DNA from: Geobacteraceae bacterium
Lineage (GTDB): Bacteria; Desulfobacterota; Desulfuromonadia; Geobacterales; Geobacteraceae
Reading direction: 5' to 3'
Assembly: GCA_041484725.1 (NCBI GenBank)
Contig: JBGPID010000001.1
Span: forward strand, 1-42,118
Length of the DNA stretch: 42,118 nt
In this document: positions 34,010 through 42,118 of the stretch, piece by piece
Position numbering within the stretch: the stretch's first letter is position 1
Layout of the letters: every line of letters starts with the position of its first letter
The notes under the pieces: model-generated
Database searches by the model: none
What the model saw: the letters and a program-made list of their open reading frames with translations, nothing else
Told to the model about the DNA's origin: nothing
Made by a program: the position numbers and the translations under genes

Positions 34010-36355
34010 TTACGCCCACTTTTCCAGGATTGCCCCGATCTGTGCCGCATTGAACGGTTTCGAAACATAGTCGTCCATCCCCGCCGCGAGACAAAGCTCC
34101 CTGTCACCTTCCATGGCGTGGGCTGTTAACGCGATGATCGGTACCCGCCGTCTCCCTCCGCCAATCTTCGCTTCCCTCTGGCGTATCATACTGGTTGCCT
34201 CATAGCCGTCCAGATCAGGCATCTGGCAATCCATGAAGACCAGATCATACTCCTCACTGAAGACTTCCTCCACGGCAAGGCGGCCGTCATCTACCACTTC
34301 CACCAGGCAGTCCAGCCCCTCGAGAATCAACCTCCCCACTTCCTGGTTAACCGGGTTGTCTTCCGCCAGCAGTACCCGCAACTGCTGATCGCTGGGGCGG
34401 CTTTCCGTCACTTTTCCTTGAGCCTCACCCTCGACTTTTTGCCTGGCAATTGTGTGCGCTCGCTTGAGGCGCACCGTGAACCAGAACAGCGACCCTTTGC
34501 CCGGAGTGCTTTCCATGCCGATATTTCCGCCCATCATTTCCACCAGTTGTTTCGAAATGGCCAGTCCCAGACCGGTCCCTTCGTGGCGTCGCGCCATGGA
34601 GCTGTCGGCCTGGGAAAAGGCGTCGAATATCTTCCGCTGAGCGTCAGGAGTTATTCCAGTGCCGGTGTCGCGCACTTCGAAACGTAACAGGATATCCTCC
34701 AGCGTTTCTTCCTCAAGCCTCGCTTCAAGGTAAACTTCCCCATGTTCGGTGAATTTGAGCGCATTCCCCTTGAGGTTGATCAAAATCTGCCGCAACCTGA
34801 CCGAATCACCCTCTACAGTGTCAGGTACGGACTCATCAATGTATAGGGACATCCCGATGTTCTTTTTCTGCGCTTTGAGCCAGAAAAGATCGTTTACTTC
34901 TTTAACCGTATCTCTGATCCTGAAAACGACCGGTTGCAGCTCCAGCTTGCCCGCCTCGATCTTGGAGAAATCAAGGATGTCGTTTATGACGTACAATAAT
35001 TTCTCGGCTGAGCTGTGCGCCATACGGGCAAGCCGCAACTGAGGTTCATTCATATTGGAATCAAGCAAAAGATCCAGCATCCCGATCACGCCATTCATCG
35101 GTGTGCGGATTTCATGGCTCATATTGGCCAGGAACTGGGATTTCGCCTTGCTCGCCGCCTCGGCGGCCTCCTTCGCCTCGCGGAGCACCTCTTCCGCCTG
35201 TTTGCGCTCCGTTATGTTAAGCGCCACGCAGACTACTCCCTGCACCGTATTGTCCATGCCGTGCATGAGGGAAGCGGACAATAACACCGGAATGAGCCGA
35301 CCGTCCCTGGCCCGGTATGTGGTTTCGAGATTGTTTACATAGCCCCTGGAAATAATGTCGGCAAACTCATTGCTGTCTGAAATCGTATTTCCGACTAACC
35401 ATGTTGACGACAGAATAGTGCTGAGCTGACTCCCTATCAGCTCCTGTTCTTCATAACCGAGAAGGGCCAGCGTCGCCCTGTTGATACGCTCTATGACGCC
35501 GTCCGGCTTTGTAACCACCAGCGAGTCATTCATGGAGCGGATGATGTTGTCCGTATATTCATGGGCGGCGATGATCTTTTCCTGGGAGAGGCGCAGTGTC
35601 TCCGTCATCATATTGAAAGAGCTGCCGAGACGCTCCAGCTCGTCGCCGGTCCTGATGTCCGCCCGTGCGGTCAGATCACCCGCGGCGACCATCTGGGTGG
35701 TGACGTCGAGGATTGAAATGGGTCTGGTCAGCCTGCGGGCGAACAGGAGGGCCACCCCGACCCCGGCGATGATGCAGAGGAGGGCGAGAAAGGTAGTGCG
35801 AAGATACATGCTGCGGATGTCGGCGTTGAATTTTTTGAGGGAGAGGCCGATATGGATCCATCCCCAGTCTATGCCGGAGTACTGGAACGGATGAGAGTAG
35901 TGGAAAACCTCCTCGGTTGATACCTCACTTTTCAAAAATCTGCTGTTCGCGGTCCTGCGCCCGCCGCGGGACCAATCCCCTGTCAGTGAAGCCTGTTTCC
36001 ACCCCTCCTTTGTTATTACCAGCGAGAAGCCGTCGTTGCGGGTCACGACCACATAGACGATTGTCGGGCTCTCCCTGACGACCCGCATGCAGTGCTCCAC
36101 GACCGTGCCGAAATCCTCGGTGATGATGGCGCTTGCCGTTACCTGGTCGATGGAGGTGACCGTGCTCTTCGCCTCCGACTCCATGGCGTCGAGGATAGCC
36201 GTGCGCTGGAACGGAATAGTGGCGACGGCGAAAAGTCCCAGGGTGACAACGATGAGGGCCGATGTGATGATGGTTACCCGCAGGACAATACGCTTGGGGA
36301 GTAACTCCCTGCTTAACGATCGTCGGCTTTTACCGATGAATCCATGACGTTTCAT
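34010..36355 (-). CDS. hybrid sensor histidine kinase (periplasmic sensor-HAMP-PAS-HisKA-HATPase-REC)
   Basis: 781-aa ORF. HAMP region, PAS (VVTKPDGVIERINRATLALLGYEEQELIG), H-box SHEIRTPMNG, G-box GTGLGLAISKQLVEMMGG. Receiver: LLAEDNPVNQ...DLVFMDCQMPDLDG...KP. Confidence 0.9.
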   Translation of the reverse strand: MKRHGFIGKSRRSLSRELLPKRIVLRVTIITSALIVVTLGLFAVATIPFQRTAILDAMESEAKSTVTSIDQVTASAIITEDFGTVVEHCMRVVRESPTIVYVVVTRNDGFSLVITKEGWKQASLTGDWSRGGRRTANSRFLKSEVSTEEVFHYSHPFQYSGIDWGWIHIGLSLKKFNADIRSMYLRTTFLALLCIIAGVGVALLFARRLTRPISILDVTTQMVAAGDLTARADIRTGDELERLGSSFNMMTETLRLSQEKIIAAHEYTDNIIRSMNDSLVVTKPDGVIERINRATLALLGYEEQELIGSQLSTILSSTWLVGNTISDSNEFADIISRGYVNNLETTYRARDGRLIPVLLSASLMHGMDNTVQGVVCVALNITERKQAEEVLREAKEAAEAASKAKSQFLANMSHEIRTPMNGVIGMLDLLLDSNMNEPQLRLARMAHSSAEKLLYVINDILDFSKIEAGKLELQPVVFRIRDTVKEVNDLFWLKAQKKNIGMSLYIDESVPDTVEGDSVRLRQILINLKGNALKFTEHGEVYLEARLEEETLEDILLRFEVRDTGTGITPDAQRKIFDAFSQADSSMARRHEGTGLGLAISKQLVEMMGGNIGMESTPGKGSLFWFTVRLKRAHTIARQKVEGEAQGKVTESRPSDQQLRVLLAEDNPVNQEVGRLILEGLDCLVEVVDDGRLAVEEVFSEEYDLVFMDCQMPDLDGYEATSMIRQREAKIGGGRRRVPIIALTAHAMEGDRELCLAAGMDDYVSKPFNAAQIGAILEKWA

Positions 36356-37296
36356 GATTTCCTCGTCAACTTTGCCAGCAGTCTGTCCCGCTCCTGAAGA
36401 AGTTCCAGGGTCCCTTCGAGATAGGAAGGTTGAAAAGGCATGACCCTTTCGATATGGAACAGGGTGAATATCTGTTTCCCTACAGGTTTTTCATGAAGAT
36501 GTAAGGCCGCATATTCTATTGATTGCCTGAACTTCTCATTGACCGTTCTGGGGATACAGGTGATATCGTCTATCAGGGATTTCGATTCAGAGAGTACGAG
36601 GAGTTGATGCCCGATCTGTGGATTCAGGGCCTTGCTGGTCTCAAAGGCTGCGCGGCTGACGATGGCAGCGTCAGCATGCCTGAAGAAGACCGCCATGATC
36701 GCCTGTGATGCGGACGTAGATTCTTTCACCTGGCGAAAGAAGGATGATCGGTCCCGTTTCCCCTCGCGCATCAAGAGGACATCGAGCCAGATGTGGCTTA
36801 TCTCCTGCTTTTTGGCCGAGGGGAGATTGATCGTTTTCCCCTGAAGATCGGTGATGGTTCCGATTCCGCTGTCCCTGCGAGCGATCAGCAGGAAATTTCG
36901 CCCTTTTCCCACATTGCTTGACGCGACCACCGACGGTATTATTCCGGTCTCGTTACGAATTTTCAGATAATCGAGGGGCGTGAGTGAAACTATGGACAGT
37001 TCCCCCCTTTTGAGCGCCGTAATAAGGTCGGCGTTATCCCGGAAGATGACGGTCTGCGGTGCCGCCTTTACCCCCATGGCGAGGCTCAGTTCCCTTGTCC
37101 AGAGCTCCATGGCGGCATGGGCGTCACGCGGGTCTATATCGGAAAGAATGCGAGTAGAAAAGCCAACACGGACGAACTTTGGGAGAACTTCCGTCAACTC
37201 CGCGCCGGTGAGCGACTCTGCCGCAAGGGAGGCCGGCGGGAGCAGCAGGATAGCGCATAGCATAATGTAATATAACAAAGGTCTTGCTGTTCTCAT
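36352..37296 (-). CDS. periplasmic PhnD-like (phosphonate-bd/COG3221-type) substrate-binding protein, paralog A
   Basis: 314-aa ORF with a signal peptide. Shares FF+xADAxxVS/TRxxFxxxxxLNPQ and ...VPFxP...Y/L motifs with the next three ORFs. Overlaps the kinase start. Confidence 0.7.
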   Translation of the reverse strand: MRTARPLLYYIMLCAILLLPPASLAAESLTGAELTEVLPKFVRVGFSTRILSDIDPRDAHAAMELWTRELSLAMGVKAAPQTVIFRDNADLITALKRGELSIVSLTPLDYLKIRNETGIIPSVVASSNVGKGRNFLLIARRDSGIGTITDLQGKTINLPSAKKQEISHIWLDVLLMREGKRDRSSFFRQVKESTSASQAIMAVFFRHADAAIVSRAAFETSKALNPQIGHQLLVLSESKSLIDDITCIPRTVNEKFRQSIEYAALHLHEKPVGKQIFTLFHIERVMPFQPSYLEGTLELLQERDRLLAKLTRKS

Positions 37297-37307
37297 TAGC
37301 GAATTCC

Positions 37308-38270
37308 TCAGTGTCTTCCGGCGATCAGGTTTTTCTGCCTGGAGTGCTCGGCGTAAAGCGCATCAGTCCCCTTCATGTTGCCCGGAGCGAACGGGACAAG
37401 TTTCCTCACTTTGAAAAGCATGAGGAGTTGTTTGCCTTCCGGGGTCTGGTGGAGGGTCAGGAAGGCCTGTCTGAGCTTCTCTTTGGTCTCCTCGGAAAGC
37501 CTGCGGTCCACGGCGATGATTCCCTGGGAAAGTTTCCCTCTCCGGGAGATAACCTTGAGCTCACTGCTTATCTGCGGGTTCAGCTCGGCAGTCAGGTCAA
37601 AAACCTGCCTGGTCACGACACATGCGTCGGCCTGGCGGAAAAAGACAGGGAAGACCGCTTTCGCCGCCGTCCGGGTTTCTTTTACCGATGAGAAGTATGT
37701 GTCGAGCCCCTTGCTCCCTTCCTCCATCAGCAGGTTTTCGAGCCATGCCGTATACATGTCGAGGCACCTGGGGTTCCTTGACGGCATGACGATGGTCCGG
37801 CCCCTCAAGTCCCGAATGGTGCGGATGCGGCTGTCTTTTCGGACGAGGAGGAGCAGTTCCGTTTCAGTTCCGTTGTCCGATGCGGTGATAAGGAGAGGGT
37901 CGATGGGGATCTGTTTCTTCAATTCAATGTACTCTTCCACCGGCGTCGCAAGGACATCGATTTTCCTGTTTTTCAGGTCCGCTGCCATTTCGGAGAGGGT
38001 ATCATAGAAGCGGGTCTCCCCCTTTCCGAAATGCTGCCAGGCAACCTTTTGTATCAGGACACTGACCGCGGCCCTCATATCGGTATTGGTTACATCCTGA
38101 AATGCGCTCCCGGTGAAGCCGATCCGGAGCCTGGAGTTATCCTCTGCGTCCGCGCGGCCAACGGGGGAAATGATACAGGCAATAATCAGGTAGAAGATGA
38201 CCGCAATCATGCCTTGATATTTGAGTCTATGACTGAAGTCTGGATGTGTGATTAGCGATCCCATATTCAC
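37308..38270 (-). CDS. periplasmic PhnD-like substrate-binding protein, paralog B
   Basis: 320-aa ORF. FFRQADACVVTRQVFDLTAELNPQ and N-terminal TM/signal. Confidence 0.7.
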   Translation of the reverse strand: MNMGSLITHPDFSHRLKYQGMIAVIFYLIIACIISPVGRADAEDNSRLRIGFTGSAFQDVTNTDMRAAVSVLIQKVAWQHFGKGETRFYDTLSEMAADLKNRKIDVLATPVEEYIELKKQIPIDPLLITASDNGTETELLLLVRKDSRIRTIRDLRGRTIVMPSRNPRCLDMYTAWLENLLMEEGSKGLDTYFSSVKETRTAAKAVFPVFFRQADACVVTRQVFDLTAELNPQISSELKVISRRGKLSQGIIAVDRRLSEETKEKLRQAFLTLHQTPEGKQLLMLFKVRKLVPFAPGNMKGTDALYAEHSRQKNLIAGRH

Positions 38271-39220
38271 CTTTTCCTGCTTCGGGTTCTCAGTTCATTG
38301 TATTCCTTCAGGAACGCCTCTACGGACGTCAGGTATTCAGGGCGAAACGGGACAAGCCTGCTCATGCGGAAGAGTGTCAGCAACTGTTTCCCTTCAACGT
38401 CCCGGTCAAGCGTCTCCAGGACCTCTATCAGTCTTTCCCGCTGCCGGCTGTCGCAACCCTTCCTTATACAGATTACCCCGGTCGCTACCGGCGTTGATGC
38501 CTCGATGATCTGTAAATCCTTGCGCAGCTGGGGGTTGAGCTCGGCCATGACGTCAAAGCTGCGGCGCGACAGAATGCAGGCGTCGGCCCGTTTGAAGAAA
38601 ACCGGCATTACCGCCTGTGACGGGGTAACTACTTCCTTCAGGGAGGAGAAAAAACGCTCCGGTTCATGTACCCCCTGTTTCATCATCAGCATATCAAACC
38701 AGAGTCTATGAATTTCACAGTGAGAACCGCTTTGCTGCAGAAACGCTTTCCCCCTGAGGTCTCCTACCGAATGGATACCGCTATCCCTGCGGGTGATGAG
38801 TATGAATGTGTCGTACAGCTCTTCTCCACGCGCCGAGATGAAGAGCGGTTCCAGTAATCCCCGGCTTTTTAATCCTAGGTACTCATTGGAAAGAAGTATC
38901 ACCAGATCGATCTTGCCTGATTTCAGTTCCTTTTCCATTTCGGAACAATTCTGGAAAATTCTTGTCTCCGCGGTCCCGTTATTATTCCTGATAACGAGAT
39001 TTGACCAGAGCTTGGCGGCAGCCTGGGCGTTTTCCTTGACCCGATGGGTAAAGATGCTCGACGAATATCCGATAACGGCGGAAAAGGGCTCGCGCTCGAC
39101 TCCCTTTTTGTAGCATAAGGCATGCACAGGCACAAGCGCAATGAGCAGGGCAAGCAGGATACGGATGAGGGCGGAACCGGCTTTACCGGCTCCGAACGGT
39201 TTCATGATGATAAGCTTCAT
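38267..39220 (-). CDS. periplasmic PhnD-like substrate-binding protein, paralog C
   Basis: 317-aa ORF. FFKRADACILSRRSFDVMAELNPQ, signal peptide, 4-nt overlap with paralog B. Confidence 0.7.
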   Translation of the reverse strand: MKLIIMKPFGAGKAGSALIRILLALLIALVPVHALCYKKGVEREPFSAVIGYSSSIFTHRVKENAQAAAKLWSNLVIRNNNGTAETRIFQNCSEMEKELKSGKIDLVILLSNEYLGLKSRGLLEPLFISARGEELYDTFILITRRDSGIHSVGDLRGKAFLQQSGSHCEIHRLWFDMLMMKQGVHEPERFFSSLKEVVTPSQAVMPVFFKRADACILSRRSFDVMAELNPQLRKDLQIIEASTPVATGVICIRKGCDSRQRERLIEVLETLDRDVEGKQLLTLFRMSRLVPFRPEYLTSVEAFLKEYNELRTRSRKR

Positions 39221-39384
39221 CTTCTCACTATCCTTTTCTTCAAGTTTCGATGCTTCCCATAGAGCGCCTCCGTCCCCCTAAGGTATTCGGGCCGGAAGTA
39301 TGCCTGGACACGGTCGGCAGCCACCGCCGCAAGCGTGTATAATCCTGCACTGATGGGCGGGCATCGTTTGATGCGGGGTCCCAT
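39217..39384 (-). pseudogene. C-terminal remnant of a further binding-protein paralog
   Basis: 55-codon ORF, below the track cutoff. It ends ...AYFRPEYLRGTEALYGKHRNL. Compare VPFRPEYLTSVEAFLKEYNEL (paralog C) and VPFAPGNMKGTDALYAEH (paralog B). Nothing upstream of that motif is recognisable. Confidence 0.4.
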
Positions 39385-39386
39385 GG

Positions 39387-39998
39387 TCAGTGATTCCTTC
39401 GTGCCGTTGCGTTGTATCTACCCCGGTGCTCCCTGATCACTTTTTCAACAGCTGCCAGATGCTCGCCCCGGAAAGGGACGAGCCGGTTGATCCTGAACAG
39501 GGTCAGGAGCTGCTTCCCCTTGGGATCGGTGTGCATCTCCAGAAGGGCCTCAAGCATCGCATCGCGCCGCTGGTTCCGGACGTCCCTCCTCACGGTGATT
39601 ATTCCGGTTGCAAACCCCGGAGACTTTTCCAGGATTCTGAGGTGGCGGCCCAGCTGCGGGTTCAGTTCGGCCAACGTTTCAAACGAATTCAAGCTCGCAA
39701 TGCATGCGTCCGCCTGGCCGAAAAAGACCGGCAAGATTGCCTGGGATGCCTTGGGATGGTCGATGATAGCGCTGAAAAAACCACGGGAATCCGAGGACCC
39801 CCTGCCCAGGAGCAGGATGTCCAGCCACTGAATCGGTATGGAGCCCTGCTGCCCTGATTCTATCCTCAGGCTCTTGTTGCGGAGCTGGCCCACCCGCGTT
39901 ATACCTCTGTCATTACGCACCAGCAGCAGGAGCTCGTCATAGAAATTCTTTCCGTAGTCGGCGGTCAGCACCGGGAGGAGAGGGATGGTTTCACGCAT
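39387..39998 (-). CDS. PhnD-like substrate-binding protein paralog D, 5'-truncated (no signal peptide, first ~110 aa missing)
   Basis: 203-aa ORF that aligns from ~residue 110 of paralogs A-C (LLLLVRNDRGITRVGQLRNKSLRI...FFGQADACIASLNSFETLAELNPQ). Only 28 bp separate it from the TolC stop. Confidence 0.55.
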   Translation of the reverse strand: MRETIPLLPVLTADYGKNFYDELLLLVRNDRGITRVGQLRNKSLRIESGQQGSIPIQWLDILLLGRGSSDSRGFFSAIIDHPKASQAILPVFFGQADACIASLNSFETLAELNPQLGRHLRILEKSPGFATGIITVRRDVRNQRRDAMLEALLEMHTDPKGKQLLTLFRINRLVPFRGEHLAAVEKVIREHRGRYNATARRNH

Positions 39999-40026
39999 TT
40001 ACCCCACACTATCCATGGAGGAGTTT

Positions 40027-41517
40027 CTACATGGCGCCTTTAATAAGGTTCGAAACCTCCGTCCCCACCACAAAATCGAGGTTCGCCCTTGCCTCGATAT
40101 TGTCGAACAGCGATTTCCGGTATTGGGCCTTCATCAGGGACTCGATCAGTTGCGCCTCGATGACGTCCTTTGTTTCAACCATCTCTTCCTGATAGGCGCG
40201 CTCGTTCAGCGCCCTGTTTTCCTCGGCGGCCGTTGCCGCGGCCTCGGAAGAGCCCTTCTGCTGCTGGGCGCTCATCATCTGGATGAAGATGTATTTCACC
40301 TGAAGGGCGATCCCTTCCTTGAGGAGATACTGCTGCTCCTTTAACCTGCCGAGCCGCGCGCGCGCCTCCCGCACCTCATTGACGGTTCTCAGGCCGTTGA
40401 AAATCGGCAGATCGATCCCTATGCCAATAGTCCAGGAGGTCTTGTTCTCATTTGTGACGATACCTCCATCATAAGGATTCTCGATGCGGGTAAAGCTGCC
40501 GAAAAGTCCCACTTTTGGCAGATGTCCACTCTTGGCTTCGTCGATCTTTGCCTCTGCGGCGGCCAGACCGGCGTCAAGAGTTGCCCAGTCCGGGTTGAAC
40601 AGGTATGCCTCGCTGACCAAGTCTTTCAGGTCTGACCGGCTAGGGGTGAAAGGAAGTTCCCGCAGAGCCAGGTCGATGGGGGTGTCCCATGGGATACCCA
40701 TAGAGTTGGTGAGGGCAGCTTTTGCCAGCTGTTCGTTCGCCTCAAGCGCCGTGACGGCCGAGCGGATGGCCTCCACTACTGTCTTGTTGCGCAGATAATC
40801 GGTTTTTTTCACCTTTCCGGAACCCTGGGTGTAGAGTTTTTCGGTCAGTTCGAGGGTGACCTCCATCCGCGCCAGGGTGTCCTTGCCGATGCGCAGTAGG
40901 TCCCCGGCAAGAACGGCGCCGTAATAGTAGCGGGTGATGTCATTGGTGATCTGCAGGTCAGTGCGGCGGGCCTCTTCCCTCGCAGCGCGCATCCCCTCCT
41001 TGGTCTGGCGGACCAGGGAGCTTACCTGGCCGCCGGTATAGAGCGGAAGGTTGGCGTTCAGGGTGGCGTAGAAGTTCTTCTTGTCCATCAGCTTGACATT
41101 CTGTTCGGGGATGGTGAGTTTCGGCAGGGGTAACCCTGGCGGCAAGGCAATATCCTTCTGCGGAAAAACGAAATTCGGATCATGATCCATGACTGAATAT
41201 GCTGCCTTGACGCCGATCTGTGGCCAATACCCCGAAAGGGCCTGGCGGTGTTGAGCTTCGGCTATCTCCAGGCTGAAACGGGAGGCCCCCCGGGAATGGT
41301 TTTTCCCTTGGGCGATATCTATGCAATCCTTGAGTGTCAGCGCATTCAGCTGCACTCCATCAGACCCCGAGTTTTGTTCGATTACTCTGGCAAAACTCGG
41401 CGACACAGTCCCCATGAGTATCCCCAGCAAAAGAGATAAAAAAAAGACAAAACAATTTGCCTGAAGAAAAGGCCCTCTCCGGGTTTCTCTCTCTCGCATG
41501 CAATCCCCTCCGAACAT
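40027..41517 (-). CDS. TolC-family outer-membrane efflux protein
   Basis: 496-aa ORF. Signal peptide (FFLSLLLGILMGTVSPSFA), two OEP-like repeats and long helical segments. Confidence 0.8.
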   Translation of the reverse strand: MFGGDCMRERETRRGPFLQANCFVFFLSLLLGILMGTVSPSFARVIEQNSGSDGVQLNALTLKDCIDIAQGKNHSRGASRFSLEIAEAQHRQALSGYWPQIGVKAAYSVMDHDPNFVFPQKDIALPPGLPLPKLTIPEQNVKLMDKKNFYATLNANLPLYTGGQVSSLVRQTKEGMRAAREEARRTDLQITNDITRYYYGAVLAGDLLRIGKDTLARMEVTLELTEKLYTQGSGKVKKTDYLRNKTVVEAIRSAVTALEANEQLAKAALTNSMGIPWDTPIDLALRELPFTPSRSDLKDLVSEAYLFNPDWATLDAGLAAAEAKIDEAKSGHLPKVGLFGSFTRIENPYDGGIVTNENKTSWTIGIGIDLPIFNGLRTVNEVREARARLGRLKEQQYLLKEGIALQVKYIFIQMMSAQQQKGSSEAAATAAEENRALNERAYQEEMVETKDVIEAQLIESLMKAQYRKSLFDNIEARANLDFVVGTEVSNLIKGAM

Positions 41518-41519
41518 TA

Positions 41520-41921
41520 TTATTTATCCATATACTGCAATGCATCCTTAAGGGCGGCAATGACAGCAGCATATTGCGTTTCCAGCCGGTCAAAAAGTTT
41601 TTTCGCCTCTTCTATGGAGTTGGCTTTGCCTGACCGCTCCAGTTCGGCGCAGAGAGCGCCGAGACCTAATGCCCCCACGTTCATGCTGCTGGACTTCAGG
41701 GCATGGGCGGACTTGAAGACTAAAGTCCCGTCTGCCGTGCTGATCGCGGTCTTGATCGCCTCCATCAGCATTGGCGCGGAATCAAGGTAAATTGTGATAA
41801 TTCGCCGGCGGGGATCAGGCCCCCCAGGCTTGCGGAATGCCAGGAAGCTACCGAGCACGCTCCACTCTATAACGCCATGTTGCAAGAAGTTCCTGCTGCC
41901 CTCTTCTGTTGTTAAAGTCAT
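41520..41921 (-). CDS. Hpt (histidine phosphotransfer) domain protein
   Basis: 133-aa ORF with the SAHALKSSSMNVGA (HxLKGS-type phospho-His) motif and LCAELERSG. Confidence 0.75.
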   Translation of the reverse strand: MTLTTEEGSRNFLQHGVIEWSVLGSFLAFRKPGGPDPRRRIITIYLDSAPMLMEAIKTAISTADGTLVFKSAHALKSSSMNVGALGLGALCAELERSGKANSIEEAKKLFDRLETQYAAVIAALKDALQYMDK

Positions 41922-41995
41922 GTTGCAATCCTCTCTGTTATTACTTTTCGGAATTTTCTTAAATTACTTGAATATTGAAGTCAAGATTCTAGATA

Positions 41996-42118
41996 GTGTC
42001 CATCCGGAAACTCCGGATGAGACACTACTTAGTTTCCAATTCGGAAACGAGGGATTTTTCGTCCTGGCAAGGAAATCAAAGGATTGCGCGGAGGCGTACA
42101 TCGGTACGCCGCACAAGC
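41996..42118 (-). mobile_element. MITE-like repeat, copy 3 (inverted; inner part cut by the window edge)
   Basis: The reverse complement equals positions 18-139 except for one extra A (GGAAACTAAGTAG versus GGAAACTAGTAG). It lies 74 bp upstream of the Hpt start codon. Confidence 0.75.

Noticed and set aside
1-42118. CRISPR arrays, rRNA genes, or long tandem repeats other than the MITE family and the gene paralogs.
   Set aside because: I saw no regularly spaced short direct repeats and no rRNA-like conserved stretches while reading both strands. This was a visual scan only and is not exhaustive.

Overview
This 42.1-kb window is transcribed almost entirely from the minus strand and falls into three blocks.

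(1) About 270-31,750 is one long ABC-transporter-dependent (group-2/kps-like) capsule locus. It holds kpsS, kpsE-kpsM-kpsT, a Wza-type OPX lipoprotein and a half-size kpsC. It also holds five glycosyltransferase genes (one a 960-aa GT4-GT9 fusion), three SAM methyltransferases (one is FkbM + ~200-aa coiled coil + DUF4214) and gmd. Two genes, manC and a sulfotransferase, are frameshifted at homopolymer tracts. Wedged between kpsS and kpsE is a lipid-type module: an SDR, an LtaS/sulfatase-fold membrane protein, a formyltransferase-fold protein, a 2,519-aa fully reducing type I PKS (KS-AT-DH-degenerate MT-ER-KR-ACP, no TE) and an abutting alpha-oxoamine synthase. This module is my best candidate for an uncharacterised system: a polyketide-derived amino-lipid anchor or decoration for the capsule.

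(2) About 32,100-33,970 is a decayed integrative-island end. It contains a TumE/TumA-like TA pair, a truncated XRE-like gene, an internally deleted P4-type integrase and arm-type direct repeats. It also contains a complete 176-bp MITE with a target-site duplication, the 3' half of a Lys-like tRNA, and a bidirectional terminator.

(3) 34,010-41,921 is a phosphorelay operon: Hpt, TolC, a tandem array of PhnD-like binding-protein paralogs (two decayed) and a hybrid histidine kinase.

Two further copies of the MITE sequence are cut by the window edges (1-139 and 41,996-42,118, mutually inverted). I found no rRNA, intact tRNA or CRISPR array. Gene content and composition loosely suggest a Geobacter/Desulfuromonadales-type genome; this is weak inference. 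Everything comes from reading the sequence and ORF translations by eye, and no searches were run.
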